Assembly: GCA_034669905.1 (NCBI GenBank)
Contig: JAXMOL010000007.1
Coordinates: 96,001-160,000 of the forward strand
DNA length: 64,000 nt
DNA from: Candidatus Hydrogenedentota bacterium
Lineage (GTDB): Bacteria > Hydrogenedentota > Hydrogenedentia > Hydrogenedentales > JAEUWI01
Direction of reading: 5' to 3'
The notes under the pieces were generated by a model. That model did no database searches. It was not told the origin of the DNA and saw only the letters and a list, made by a program, of their open reading frames with translations. Within the stretch, counting starts at the first letter, position 1; each line of letters opens with the position of its first letter. Shown one piece after another: positions 7,886-17,504 of the stretch. The position numbers and the translations under genes are program-made.

Positions 7886-10830
7886 GGCTGGACGGCATCG
7901 TGCGCGGCGGCACGGGGATAGGGGGATCGAATTTTTAAGATCTGGACGTCGCTGAGCTCCGCGACACTGAGTCGGTGCACTTCAAGCTGGAGACGCAAAT
8001 GCGCCACGGACCCATCGGTTGGAACATAACGCACCCTTGTGGCGGGTTGCGGCGTGTCGCTTTCGAGTAGTAGGCCTTCCCACAGGACTTCAGAGGTCTC
8101 ATCAATCACCTGCCATTCGAGGCGGGCGTGCCCTGCGGGTGCGGCCAGCCCACCCAGTACCAGTGCGCCGTCAAAACCTTCCAGTGAAGTGGGCACGCTA
8201 TAGATCCAGTTGAGACCGGGGACGCGCCACACGGTGTGGCCCTTTGTCTCGCTTCGGGTTGCCGAATAGGCCGGACGGAGCTCAAACCACTCGTGCCCGC
8301 CATCAATCCAGCCCGGTGTTGGGCCGGCGACGTCACTTTCGGGAAGGGCCGTGGGCGAAATGCTGCCGGGCACGGCCCATTGAAATTGGAGTATGCCGTC
8401 GGTGCCGTCCAGTCGGTATTGGGCCGATTCCGGGGAAGCGGACAAGACGGTTAGGCCCGTGATCTGCCCGAGGGCGGAACGGTCCACACCCCATAAGAGG
8501 CAGAGGGGGATAAGGGCACCCGGATCCGTGGATTCAACGGGTTGCCAGGCGGTGGGGCGGCGTTCCTCCCCTTCGACGGCGGGGAGCCAGGCCATCTGTT
8601 CCAGCGCCGTGAGAAAGGCCGACCGGCGTTCGGGTCTGGCATCGAGATATAACGCGTGGGCCCGGGCCAGGGGGGCGTAGGAGCTCCCCGCCGGGACACC
8701 GTCCAGGAGACCGAGGGCCACTCCATTATCGCTGGCGGCTTCCGGGGACAGGGCCTGTAGATAGGCGCTGTCTGATTGCGGCTGGCCGTCCTGGCCGGTG
8801 AGCCCATCGGCAAAGTCCGCCGCACGGGCCGTCCAACCAGTTTCCGTATAGATCGCACGGAGCAGTTCATGGTACGGCGCGAAGGCCTCGTCGCGCAGGT
8901 CGGCATAGGCGCGCGCCAATTCAAACTGGGCGAGTGCCCCGCGGGTATCCCCCTGCTCTGCGAGATATTGGCCCCGGACCAGACGCGCCTCGGCAAAATA
9001 GTAGGGCGCCTCCGTATTGACCCGTCGGCTGGTGGTTTCATTGGCGATGCGGAATACCATGGCGCGCTCGAGGTGATGCAGGGCACGGGCGTCATCCCCT
9101 GCGAGCAAGAGCGTCTTCGCATAGACCACGTGGGTATTATAGTCGCCCACTTGCGTCTGAATGGCGCGTCGGGCGATTCGCAGGGCCTTCTCCAGGTCAC
9201 CTTCTTCGATGGCCTTGGCGACGTTCTTTACGTAGAGGTCGGTGTGGAGCGATTCAAAGCGCATACACACCGCCATGAAGACCAGGAAGGCCACGACGGC
9301 AGTCGCAACGAAGGCCAGGGGTGCTTTGGGATAGGCCCGTTGGCCACCCAGCCACGCCGCCGTGATAAAAGACAGCCCCAGGAGCAACCAGAAAGACTGG
9401 GCCATGACGGGCCATTGGAAGAAATTCTCAAAGGTACTGTGAAAGAGGTATCCCGTCAGACCGGCCGCGATACCCGCAAAGAGGGCGATATCGTGTTTGT
9501 GCTCGGGCCGCGCCTGGTATACCCGCCAGAGCCGCTCAAGCCAGACCACTACAATCGCCAGGAAGGCCACGAGACCGATGGCACCCGTCTTCACAAAGAT
9601 CTGCAGGTAGGCACTGTGTACCGTGGCCTCCTCCGGATCTTCCGGCCGGGCAATGGGCACGTAGGCGTCTTCTTCCAGAATGGCATCGATCTCGTAGTAG
9701 CAGCCCCAGCCGAGACCGAGGATCGGGTGGGCCTCGGCGATCATGACGGCTGCCGCGTAGTATTTGGCACGCTCCATGAGCGAGCGATCTTCTTCCGGAT
9801 TACTGAAGGTGGAGAGACGGGACAGGACCATGGGGCCTGCGACGACGGCGAAGAGCAGGACGGCGACGCCAATGGCGATGGTCCCTTTCTTTCCGGGGCG
9901 CACCCAATAGAACAGGAAGCCGAGGGCGAGTAACATGCCCACCCAGGAGCCCCGGGTTTTTGTATAGACCAGGGCCAGCAGACAGAGGGCGATACAGACC
10001 AGAAGCATTCCCTTGAGGCCGCGCTTCTCGGTGGCCAGAATAATGCCGATGGCGGGGCCCACGGCGAGCACCATGAGGCCCCCCAGGGGCGTGGCGCCGT
10101 AGAAGGAACCACTCCGTACGCCCCGGTGGAGCACCAGGTCGCTGGCAATCTGAATCTCGGAAATGCCGATGGGGATAAAGTGTTGGATAATGCCATGAAT
10201 GGCGACCACCGTGGCACCTGACACAAAAGCTACGCCAATCTGTATGACCTGTTCCCGTGTGGTGACCCGGTGGAGGACATAAAGAAAGAGCACCACAAAC
10301 TCGACAAACTGACGGAAGTCCTGGAGTACTTCGCGGGGGTCGTTCTGGCGGTAGAACCCCGTTCCAATGGCGAGCACCATGACCGCCCCAAAGGCGAAGA
10401 GGCTTTTCCAGGGGGCCAGGGCCGAGGGGGACTCACGATGGCGCAAGAAGCGCAGGCCCTCTTTTGCAAAGAGCCCCAATATGAGCACTTCGGGCAGGTT
10501 AACGGTGACGCCCAAGATCTCGCGCTGTACCACCCCGAAAGGCATAATTGCGAAGGCCGCGAAACACAGGGCCCAATGACTGTTCTGAAAAAGAAGTGCG
10601 AGTCCCACCGAAGCGAGGGGGATGCCAACGGCCTGTCCCGCCGGAAGTTGCTCCAGGCCCACGAGGGCCGCGGCGATGGCACCCGTCACCAGGAAGAGGG
10701 TGAGCAGCCGTATGCCGTCTTTTCGGGATACGGTGGCGGGGCTATCCGCGTGTGCAGGTTCCGATAACCAACGCATCAATGGGGGTGCTTTCGGAGTCGT
10801 TTGGAACGTGAATGGAACGAGGCGGATCAA
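7882..10830 (-). CDS. O-antigen ligase (Wzy_C) family membrane protein with TPR-like and beta-rich C-terminal extension
   Basis: About 12 hydrophobic segments; TKTRGSWVG, HPILGLGWG and VHSAYLQIFVKTGAIGL motifs, then helical A/L-rich repeats; start codon uncertain. Confidence 0.85.
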   Translation of the reverse strand: MIRLVPFTFQTTPKAPPLMRWLSEPAHADSPATVSRKDGIRLLTLFLVTGAIAAALVGLEQLPAGQAVGIPLASVGLALLFQNSHWALCFAAFAIMPFGVVQREILGVTVNLPEVLILGLFAKEGLRFLRHRESPSALAPWKSLFAFGAVMVLAIGTGFYRQNDPREVLQDFRQFVEFVVLFLYVLHRVTTREQVIQIGVAFVSGATVVAIHGIIQHFIPIGISEIQIASDLVLHRGVRSGSFYGATPLGGLMVLAVGPAIGIILATEKRGLKGMLLVCIALCLLALVYTKTRGSWVGMLLALGFLFYWVRPGKKGTIAIGVAVLLFAVVAGPMVLSRLSTFSNPEEDRSLMERAKYYAAAVMIAEAHPILGLGWGCYYEIDAILEEDAYVPIARPEDPEEATVHSAYLQIFVKTGAIGLVAFLAIVVVWLERLWRVYQARPEHKHDIALFAGIAAGLTGYLFHSTFENFFQWPVMAQSFWLLLGLSFITAAWLGGQRAYPKAPLAFVATAVVAFLVFMAVCMRFESLHTDLYVKNVAKAIEEGDLEKALRIARRAIQTQVGDYNTHVVYAKTLLLAGDDARALHHLERAMVFRIANETTSRRVNTEAPYYFAEARLVRGQYLAEQGDTRGALAQFELARAYADLRDEAFAPYHELLRAIYTETGWTARAADFADGLTGQDGQPQSDSAYLQALSPEAASDNGVALGLLDGVPAGSSYAPLARAHALYLDARPERRSAFLTALEQMAWLPAVEGEERRPTAWQPVESTDPGALIPLCLLWGVDRSALGQITGLTVLSASPESAQYRLDGTDGILQFQWAVPGSISPTALPESDVAGPTPGWIDGGHEWFELRPAYSATRSETKGHTVWRVPGLNWIYSVPTSLEGFDGALVLGGLAAPAGHARLEWQVIDETSEVLWEGLLLESDTPQPATRVRYVPTDGSVAHLRLQLEVHRLSVAELSDVQILKIRSPYPRAAAHDAVQP

Positions 10831-10870
10831 ATTCCCGCATGGAACGACCGCCTTTACCCATCAGAGCTTA

Positions 10871-10913
10871 TAAAAAGAGTCCGGGGTGGGGCGTTGCGCT
10901 ACCCACCCCGGAC
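10871..10913 (-). terminator. Rho-independent terminator after wecC
   Basis: Perfect 12-bp stem gtccggggtggg (10879-10890)/cccaccccggac (10902-10913) followed on the minus strand by TCTTTTTA. Confidence 0.8.
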
Positions 10914-10986
10914 GTTACGGAATTTTAGATTGCATTGACCCGCGTCCACCACCTTGATTCCGGGCGGAGACCGGTCGATGGCGGGC

Positions 10987-12246
10987 CTATACGGCCCCGG
11001 AACCCAGTACCTTGACCTGGAAGCCCGCCTTCCGCCACTCATTGTGGTCCAGCAGGTTGCGCGTGTCAAAGAGCACGGGCTTGCGCACCAGCTTCTCCAG
11101 CTGGTTGGGATTCAGGTACTTGTAGTCGCTGTGGTCCGTCAGCAATACCACGCAGTCGGCGTCCTTGAAGCAATCTTCAATACTTGCCAGTTCCATGGTG
11201 CTCTTCTTGACGTAGGGGTCATGGGCGGCGACTTCCATGCCTTTTTCCTGGAGCAGCTCCACGACGGTGACCGAAGGGCTCTCGCGCATGTCGTCCACGT
11301 TGCCCTTGAAGGCCAGCCCGAGGGCCGCCACCTTGGGTTTGTCCACCCCGGCGACCAGTTCGGCCACGCCATTGGCGACATGGGCGGGCATGCCATCGTT
11401 CCGAAGGCGCGCCCGGTGAATGAGGTCCGTGTCTTCCGGGAATTGCTCGATGAGGAACCAGGGGTCCACCGAGATGCAGTGCCCACCCACACCGGGGCCG
11501 GCCGTGTGAATGTTGACCCGGGGGTGGCGGTTGGCCAGCTTGGCCACGGCGCTGAAATTGATGCCGAGTTTCTCGCAGAGAATGGCGGCTTCATTGGCCA
11601 GCGCGATGTTGACGTCGCGGAAGGTGTTTTCGATAACCTTCACCATTTCGGCGGTGGTCACGTCGGTCAGGAATATCTCCCCTTCCACAAAGCTGCCGTA
11701 GATGGCTTCGGCGCGGGCGGCACAATGTTCGCCATAGCCGCCAATTACGCGATCGTTCTCGATCAGTTCCTTGAGAATGCGGCCGGGCAATACCCGTTCC
11801 GGGCAGTGGGCCAGATACACATCCGAGCCAACCTTAAGGCCCGCTTCTTCCAGAATGGGGCAAATAAGATCCCGACAGGTCCCGGGAGGGGACGTGGATT
11901 CCAGGATGATCAGGTTACCGTTCTGGAGATGGGGGACGATGGCTTCCGTCGCACTGCGGACGTAGCTCATGTCGGCCTGCTTTGCTTCATTCATCGGCGT
12001 GGGCACCGAGAGGAAGAAGACATCGGAAGGCTCGGGCGTCAGCGAAGCGCGGAGATTGCCCGAGCCAATAGCCGCCTGAACCACGGTGTGGAGACCAGGC
12101 TCTTCAATGTGGATATTACCGGCGTTCACCGTATCCACCACATTGGCGCTTACGTCCACGCCGAGCACCTGGAATCCATTGGAGGCCAATACACTGGCCG
12201 TGGGCAGGCCGATGTAGCCCAGTCCCATCACACAAACTTTTTTCAT
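10987..12246 (-). CDS. wecC: UDP-N-acetyl-D-mannosamine dehydrogenase
   Basis: GLGYIGLPTA, IHIEEPGL, HCPERVLPG, ENTFRDVNIA, GPGVGGHCISVDPWF, GLAFKGNVDDMRESP; adjacent to wecB. Confidence 0.92.
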   Translation of the reverse strand: MKKVCVMGLGYIGLPTASVLASNGFQVLGVDVSANVVDTVNAGNIHIEEPGLHTVVQAAIGSGNLRASLTPEPSDVFFLSVPTPMNEAKQADMSYVRSATEAIVPHLQNGNLIILESTSPPGTCRDLICPILEEAGLKVGSDVYLAHCPERVLPGRILKELIENDRVIGGYGEHCAARAEAIYGSFVEGEIFLTDVTTAEMVKVIENTFRDVNIALANEAAILCEKLGINFSAVAKLANRHPRVNIHTAGPGVGGHCISVDPWFLIEQFPEDTDLIHRARLRNDGMPAHVANGVAELVAGVDKPKVAALGLAFKGNVDDMRESPSVTVVELLQEKGMEVAAHDPYVKKSTMELASIEDCFKDADCVVLLTDHSDYKYLNPNQLEKLVRKPVLFDTRNLLDHNEWRKAGFQVKVLGSGAV

Positions 12247-13361
12247 GATTCTTCCTTTTTCAATGACATGAGGTGATCGGCGATACGTTTACTGGCGAGC
12301 CCGTCGCCGTAGGGATTCACGGCATTCGCCATGGCATCATAGGCATCGGTGTCGTCCAGCAAGCGCTGCACATTCGATACGATTCCATCGTAGGAGTTGC
12401 CCACCAGCATGGCGGTGCCCGCATCCATGGCCTCAGGGCGTTCGGTCATTTCGCGCATGACCAACACGGGCTTGCCCAGCGAGGGCGCTTCTTCCTGGAT
12501 GCCGCCCGAATCGGTGAGCACAATGGTGGCCTTTTTCAACAGGTGGACAAAGGGCACATAATCCAACGGGGCAATCAAGTGGACCCGGTCCTGGTCTTTG
12601 AGAATCTTGTTGACCGATTTGAGCACGTTCGGGTTCGGGTGCACCGGGTAGACCACTTCTACATCCGGGTTGTTGGCGGCGAGATCGCGAATGGCGGTGC
12701 ACATCTGGTCGAAGCGATCGCCGAAGCTTTCGCGGCGGTGGGCCGTCACCAGGATAAGACGCCGTTCGCTGCCAATATTCTGAAGCAAGGGATCGTCAAA
12801 CTCGAAGGGCCGATTCGAAACTTCCAGGAGCGCATCGATCACCGTGTTGCCCGTGATCTGAATGCCTTTTTCGGAGATGTTCTCTTTCAGCAGATTGTCC
12901 CGCGAGCCTTCGGTAGGGGGGTAGTGGTAATCGCACAGGGCATCGCCCAGCACCCGGTTCATCTCTTCCGGGAAGGGACGGTACTTGTCGTAGGTGCGCA
13001 ATCCCGCTTCCACGTGGCCCACCCGAATGTTTTTGTAATAGCAGGCCAGGGCCGCCGCGAAAGTGGTGGTTGTATCCCCATGGACCAGGGCCACATCGGG
13101 CGCGAAATCGTCCAAAACACCGGCCATACCGTTCAGCACATTTGTCGTGATATCAAAGATGGTCTGATTGGGCTTCATCAGGTCCAGATCATATTCCACG
13201 GAAATACCGAAGACGTCGATGACCTGGTCCAGCAGTTCCCGGTGTTGGGCCGTCAGACAGACCCGCACGTCGAAAACGCCTTCTCGGCTTCGCAGTTCAT
13301 TTACGATAGGGCACATCTTGATCGCCTCAGGGCGCGTCCCCATGACCACTAATACTTTCAT
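12243..13361 (-). CDS. wecB: UDP-N-acetylglucosamine 2-epimerase (non-hydrolysing)
   Basis: GTRPEAIKM, VHGDTTT, HVEAGLR, PFPEEMNR, TDSGGIQEEAPSLGKP, NPYGDG. Confidence 0.97.
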   Translation of the reverse strand: MKVLVVMGTRPEAIKMCPIVNELRSREGVFDVRVCLTAQHRELLDQVIDVFGISVEYDLDLMKPNQTIFDITTNVLNGMAGVLDDFAPDVALVHGDTTTTFAAALACYYKNIRVGHVEAGLRTYDKYRPFPEEMNRVLGDALCDYHYPPTEGSRDNLLKENISEKGIQITGNTVIDALLEVSNRPFEFDDPLLQNIGSERRLILVTAHRRESFGDRFDQMCTAIRDLAANNPDVEVVYPVHPNPNVLKSVNKILKDQDRVHLIAPLDYVPFVHLLKKATIVLTDSGGIQEEAPSLGKPVLVMREMTERPEAMDAGTAMLVGNSYDGIVSNVQRLLDDTDAYDAMANAVNPYGDGLASKRIADHLMSLKKEES

Positions 13362-13432
13362 TGTGTAAAACCTTTATACCCCGGTTGCTTCTAATCCATT
13401 GCCTAACCCCGCCGCCCCGTTCTGCGATGCCG

Positions 13433-14107
13433 TCACGACACGGGTTTTTTTCCGGTCAGCGCTTCGGGGCGCTCGGGAAGGCCCTTCAGATGGCGGTGTA
13501 AATCCATATTGGGCCTTACGATCGCCAGCAGTGTCAATGCGATCAACTTGAAATCCAGCCAAAGTGACCGATGCTGGTGGTACCACGCTTCCAGGGCACC
13601 CTTGTAGGGGCTTACATGCGCCGCGTAGAAATCGTGGTGCGGCATGTCCTGGGCGCTGATTAGCGATTCTTCGTCACGAAATAGAATGGAGCCCACGCCG
13701 CTCAGGCCAGGGCGTAATTCCCCGATGATTTTGCGGTGCTCCTCACTATAGTAATTAAACATTTTCTCCGTGAGGGGGCGGGGCCCGATGATGCTCATAT
13801 CCCCCTTCAGTACGTTCAGAATCTGGGGCAGCTCGTTAATCTTGGTCTTGCGGAGGAAGCGGCCGAACGGCAACACCCGCGGGTCATTGCGGACGGTGAT
13901 GTCGGTCGTGCCCATGTTCGGGCTATCCTTCAACATGGTGGCAAATTTGAGCAAGGGGAAGATCTGTCCGCCTTTTCCCACGCGATCCTGCGCGTAGAAG
14001 ACATAGTGTTCACCCGTCAGCTTCAGGATGAGCATCACCGGAAGCAACAGGGGCGACAGGACCACAAGGGCCAGCGATGACAATAAAATATCTACCAGGC
14101 GTTTCAT
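13433..14107 (-). CDS. Small monotopic phosphoglycosyl transferase (Bac_transf, PglC-like)
   Basis: MKRLVDI, QDRVGKGG, KFATM, DPRV, KINELPQ, GDMSIIGPRP, RPGLSG. Confidence 0.9.
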   Translation of the reverse strand: MKRLVDILLSSLALVVLSPLLLPVMLILKLTGEHYVFYAQDRVGKGGQIFPLLKFATMLKDSPNMGTTDITVRNDPRVLPFGRFLRKTKINELPQILNVLKGDMSIIGPRPLTEKMFNYYSEEHRKIIGELRPGLSGVGSILFRDEESLISAQDMPHHDFYAAHVSPYKGALEAWYHQHRSLWLDFKLIALTLLAIVRPNMDLHRHLKGLPERPEALTGKKPVS

Positions 14108-14119
14108 GGGTGCACCCTC

Positions 14120-15319
14120 TTACATTTTTTGATCAAGGTTTTTCCCCGTTTCCACGTGTTGCAATGTGGGGACGACCTGGCGCATGGCGCGCACGTAGTC
14201 ATCCTTAGTGACATTCGCATCGGTTTTGGCGTCGCGGCAGAAGGCGAGAAAGGCTTCCAGCGGGGCCCGTTCACTAAGGGGTGCACTCTTTATGACGCCT
14301 ACCTGCGCGAAGCGGTCGAGATCGATTTCTTCGCCGGTGGTAAAAAACTCTTCAAAGCCCTTTTCGCCACTGGTGTCTGTCTTGAAGAAATAGCAGGGCC
14401 ACTGGCCGTGGGGCACCAGTTCAGGGATACGGCGCCGGGCCTCGTCCTCGGAAGCACACGTGACGGTCTCATAACCAAGTGACTGAAGCAGATCGATGGC
14501 AATCTGGGCAAAGGTCTTTTCGTGATGGCCCGTGCTGAGTTTCGGAAAGAAGATATCGCGGTTCTCGCCCAACATGCAGGAAAGGACACACAACTCCCCG
14601 GCTTCCTCATGGGAAATAAAATAGCGCCGCACATCTTCGGGCGCGGAAAGCGGCTGATGCTTTCGGATGCGATGGAGAAACCCGAAGGGGAGACTACCAT
14701 CGGAAAAGGCCACGTTTGCAAAGCGGGCTGTCGAATAGGGCTGCCGATCAGACGCCGCCGACAGCACCTTCTCCATGACCATCTTGCTTGCCCCCATGAG
14801 ATTGGCCGGATTGGCGGCCTTGTCAGAGGAAACCGAAAACACTTTCCGGAAGGTATAGGGGTTTTCCTGCAAAAAGTCGTGAAAGTGGACCGCGTTTGTA
14901 TCGAGCATGCGCATCAGGCAGTGGATATTCTTTTCGGAGCGCACGTGTTTGATCGCGGAGAGGTTAAAGAAATAATCGAAGGGTTCCGTGTCCTTGAAAT
15001 AGCGATCGAATTCGACGGTCCCCAGGGCGATGGGCAGGGTCTCGAAGGCATCGGGCATGGAAACATGGTCGGAAGATCGGAGATCGCGAACCAGTTCCAC
15101 CAGGTTGTTTTCGCTGATATCAATAAGCGATAAGGCCGCAGGTTGGAAGCGAAGCAAGGTCTTGACGACCGCACTGCCTACCGAACCCGCCGCGCCGACA
15201 ACGGCAATCCGCGCGCCGGATATCGCTTCGCGCAGGGTGGCCTCGTGGGTATCGATGTCGGACGCGAAGAGGGATGTCTCCCGCCCGGTAACCGTGGCTT
15301 CGTGCTGGCTCTGATTCAT
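14120..15319 (-). CDS. UDP-GlcNAc 4,6-dehydratase (Polysacc_synt_2, CapD/WbpM-like catalytic domain only)
   Basis: GAAGSVGS, DISENNL, AIKHVRSE, SSDKAANPANLMGASK, RFANVAFSDGS. Confidence 0.88.
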   Translation of the reverse strand: MNQSQHEATVTGRETSLFASDIDTHEATLREAISGARIAVVGAAGSVGSAVVKTLLRFQPAALSLIDISENNLVELVRDLRSSDHVSMPDAFETLPIALGTVEFDRYFKDTEPFDYFFNLSAIKHVRSEKNIHCLMRMLDTNAVHFHDFLQENPYTFRKVFSVSSDKAANPANLMGASKMVMEKVLSAASDRQPYSTARFANVAFSDGSLPFGFLHRIRKHQPLSAPEDVRRYFISHEEAGELCVLSCMLGENRDIFFPKLSTGHHEKTFAQIAIDLLQSLGYETVTCASEDEARRRIPELVPHGQWPCYFFKTDTSGEKGFEEFFTTGEEIDLDRFAQVGVIKSAPLSERAPLEAFLAFCRDAKTDANVTKDDYVRAMRQVVPTLQHVETGKNLDQKM

Positions 15320-16281
15320 ACGACCTTTCCTATATTATCTATGATGCAGGTGGGTTCCCACGCCAGATCGTTCATGGCGCTATCGCTCGAAAACGTCAAG
15401 TCCGTTGTCATTTTCTTCAGTGCGATACGGTCAAAGGGCATTCTTTTTCCGGCGAGGCGCCCCAACACATCACCGACCACGGCCAGTGGTACGGCCAGGG
15501 GCGTCGGAAGGGAGGGGTTGGGGCGTTTCCCAAGGGCCTGACAAAGGGCCTGATAGAGTTCGTTAAAGCTCGTGTCTCGCCCGTCCGTCAGATTGTAGGT
15601 GCCACCGCCCCCCGCGACCAGTCGGCAGATGAACGGTGCGATATCGTCAATCCACACGAAACTTCGACGTGCCGTCCCGCCACCGACATTGAAATAGTAG
15701 CCTTTTTGGATAGAGCGGATCATGTTGCCCAGGTTGCCAGGCGCATTGGGGCCGGCAATCAGAGGGAGTCTTACGATGGCTTTGATCGTGCCCTCGCTGC
15801 CCCACTCCCGCACCGCGGTTTCCGCATTGATTTTGCTCAAACCGTAGGGGTCCGTGGCTTCGAGGGGATGGCTTTCGTCCAGGTGTTGGCCTGTCTCCTG
15901 GCCATAGACCGCGACGGTGCTGATCAGGGCCAGCGCCGAGGGTAAGCTGGCCTGGCGCGAAAGGGCTTCCAGAAGGTGCCGGGTCCCATTTTCGTTGACC
16001 TGAAAGAAGGCGGCTTTCTCGGCCTCCGTCACCGGGACACTGTGGGCCTTACCTGCCGCGTGGATTACCAAATCAAAATGGACGTCTGGTAGGTCCGGTG
16101 CGGTCTGGCTGAGGTCAACGGCGATATGATTGGCCGTGGTGCTTTCACCAAGTCCCAGGGTGTAGAGCTCGAAGTCCCCTGACAGCTGCTCATACAGATG
16201 GGAGCCGAGGAAGCCCGGATAGCCCGTCAGCAGGCATTTGCCAAGGGGTGGCGATGGGGCGGTGACGGCGTTATCGGTCAT
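15316..16281 (-). CDS. NAD-dependent epimerase/dehydratase, probable UDP-4-keto-6-deoxy-HexNAc 4-reductase (WbpV/WbpK-like)
   Basis: TGYPGFLG, IHAAGKAH, ISTVAVYG, YGLSK (YxxxK), PGNL, RSFV. Confidence 0.8.
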   Translation of the reverse strand: MTDNAVTAPSPPLGKCLLTGYPGFLGSHLYEQLSGDFELYTLGLGESTTANHIAVDLSQTAPDLPDVHFDLVIHAAGKAHSVPVTEAEKAAFFQVNENGTRHLLEALSRQASLPSALALISTVAVYGQETGQHLDESHPLEATDPYGLSKINAETAVREWGSEGTIKAIVRLPLIAGPNAPGNLGNMIRSIQKGYYFNVGGGTARRSFVWIDDIAPFICRLVAGGGGTYNLTDGRDTSFNELYQALCQALGKRPNPSLPTPLAVPLAVVGDVLGRLAGKRMPFDRIALKKMTTDLTFSSDSAMNDLAWEPTCIIDNIGKVV

Positions 16282-17467
16282 GGCACAACGCCTCAAGCAT
16301 CTGTGCGCTCAGCGCGTCCCGGTCAAAGCGTGTTCGGGCAATTTCTTTGGCATTCTGCCCCATTCGCTGGCGTTTTTCCGGATCGTCCGCCAGGCCTTCC
16401 AGCACCGATACGAGTTCTGCGGGATCGTCGGCAGAAATGGTGTAACCACAATCGCTCTCGGCCACGAAATCTTTGATCCAGCCCTGGGTCGTCTGTACCA
16501 CGGGAATGCCTGCGGCCAGCGAGTCAAACAATTTGTTGGGCGAAGAGGTGTCCAGGATGGGGTTCGCCTGCAGCGGAACGACCGAGCAGAGACTCCGTTG
16601 TACCCAGTGCCGCAACTCGGTCTTGGGCATAAGATCAAGTATGCGAAAGGTGGACAGCCCCATTTCCTGTTGGCGGTCCCGTAGGGCGGTGCGCTCTTGC
16701 CCATCCCCTATCAGCACCACGAGAATGTCTTCGCGGCCCCGTTCCATCAACTGCACCGCCGATTCAAAGAGTAGGGTGGAGTTGTTGATGGCACCAATAT
16801 TGCCCGTATACAGGGCAATTTGTTTCCCTGCGGCCCACTCGGGGGGCTGCCAGGTCGAATCCGTCACGTCCCAGAAATCGTTGTCTGCGGCGTTGGGAAT
16901 AGAGATGACATGGTCGAGGCCATGGGCGGCGCGGATGTGTTCCGCCATGCCGGGTGAGAGGGTGACAATCGTGGAAGCCGCGCGATAGCACCATTTCTCC
17001 AGCAGGCGCGACAGTCCGATTAACACCGGATTCTTCAGGGCACCAATTTCGACGGAGATATCGGGCCACAAGTCGCGGACTTCAAAGACGAGTTTCCGGC
17101 CGCGCAGGTATCGGGCCACAAGGCCGGGAAGTCCCACGGTGAGCGGACCCGAGGAGGCTACGACTACGTCGGCTTTCAAGGTCAGGGCATACCAGGAGGA
17201 GAGGGCGGCAAACGTGAGGAAGGTTCCCACGCGTTTCAGAAAGGGTTCCTTGTTAGAGACCCCGATATTGAGAACTTTTACCTTGATGCCGTCAAATTCC
17301 TGGTCTTCCACCAGCTTTTCTGCGGTCAGATCCGACTTGTAGTACAGGCTGGTCACAATGGTGACATCGTGCCCTTGAGCGACCCAGCGCTTGGCGAATT
17401 CATACACCCGTGTCCCCCAGGAACCCTTGGGGGTGGAGAAATACTGATAGAAATAGACGATTTTCAT
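16271..17467 (-). CDS. Glycosyltransferase family 4 (WbuB-like)
   Basis: Start re-placed at MKIVYFYQYF; GTRVYEFA, VFEVRDLWP, YTGNIG, SPNKLFDSLAAGIPV. Confidence 0.9.
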   Translation of the reverse strand: MKIVYFYQYFSTPKGSWGTRVYEFAKRWVAQGHDVTIVTSLYYKSDLTAEKLVEDQEFDGIKVKVLNIGVSNKEPFLKRVGTFLTFAALSSWYALTLKADVVVASSGPLTVGLPGLVARYLRGRKLVFEVRDLWPDISVEIGALKNPVLIGLSRLLEKWCYRAASTIVTLSPGMAEHIRAAHGLDHVISIPNAADNDFWDVTDSTWQPPEWAAGKQIALYTGNIGAINNSTLLFESAVQLMERGREDILVVLIGDGQERTALRDRQQEMGLSTFRILDLMPKTELRHWVQRSLCSVVPLQANPILDTSSPNKLFDSLAAGIPVVQTTQGWIKDFVAESDCGYTISADDPAELVSVLEGLADDPEKRQRMGQNAKEIARTRFDRDALSAQMLEALCHDR

Positions 17468-17504
17468 GAAATCACTTCGTAAACTATAGTCAGCGTAGGG
17501 AGCA

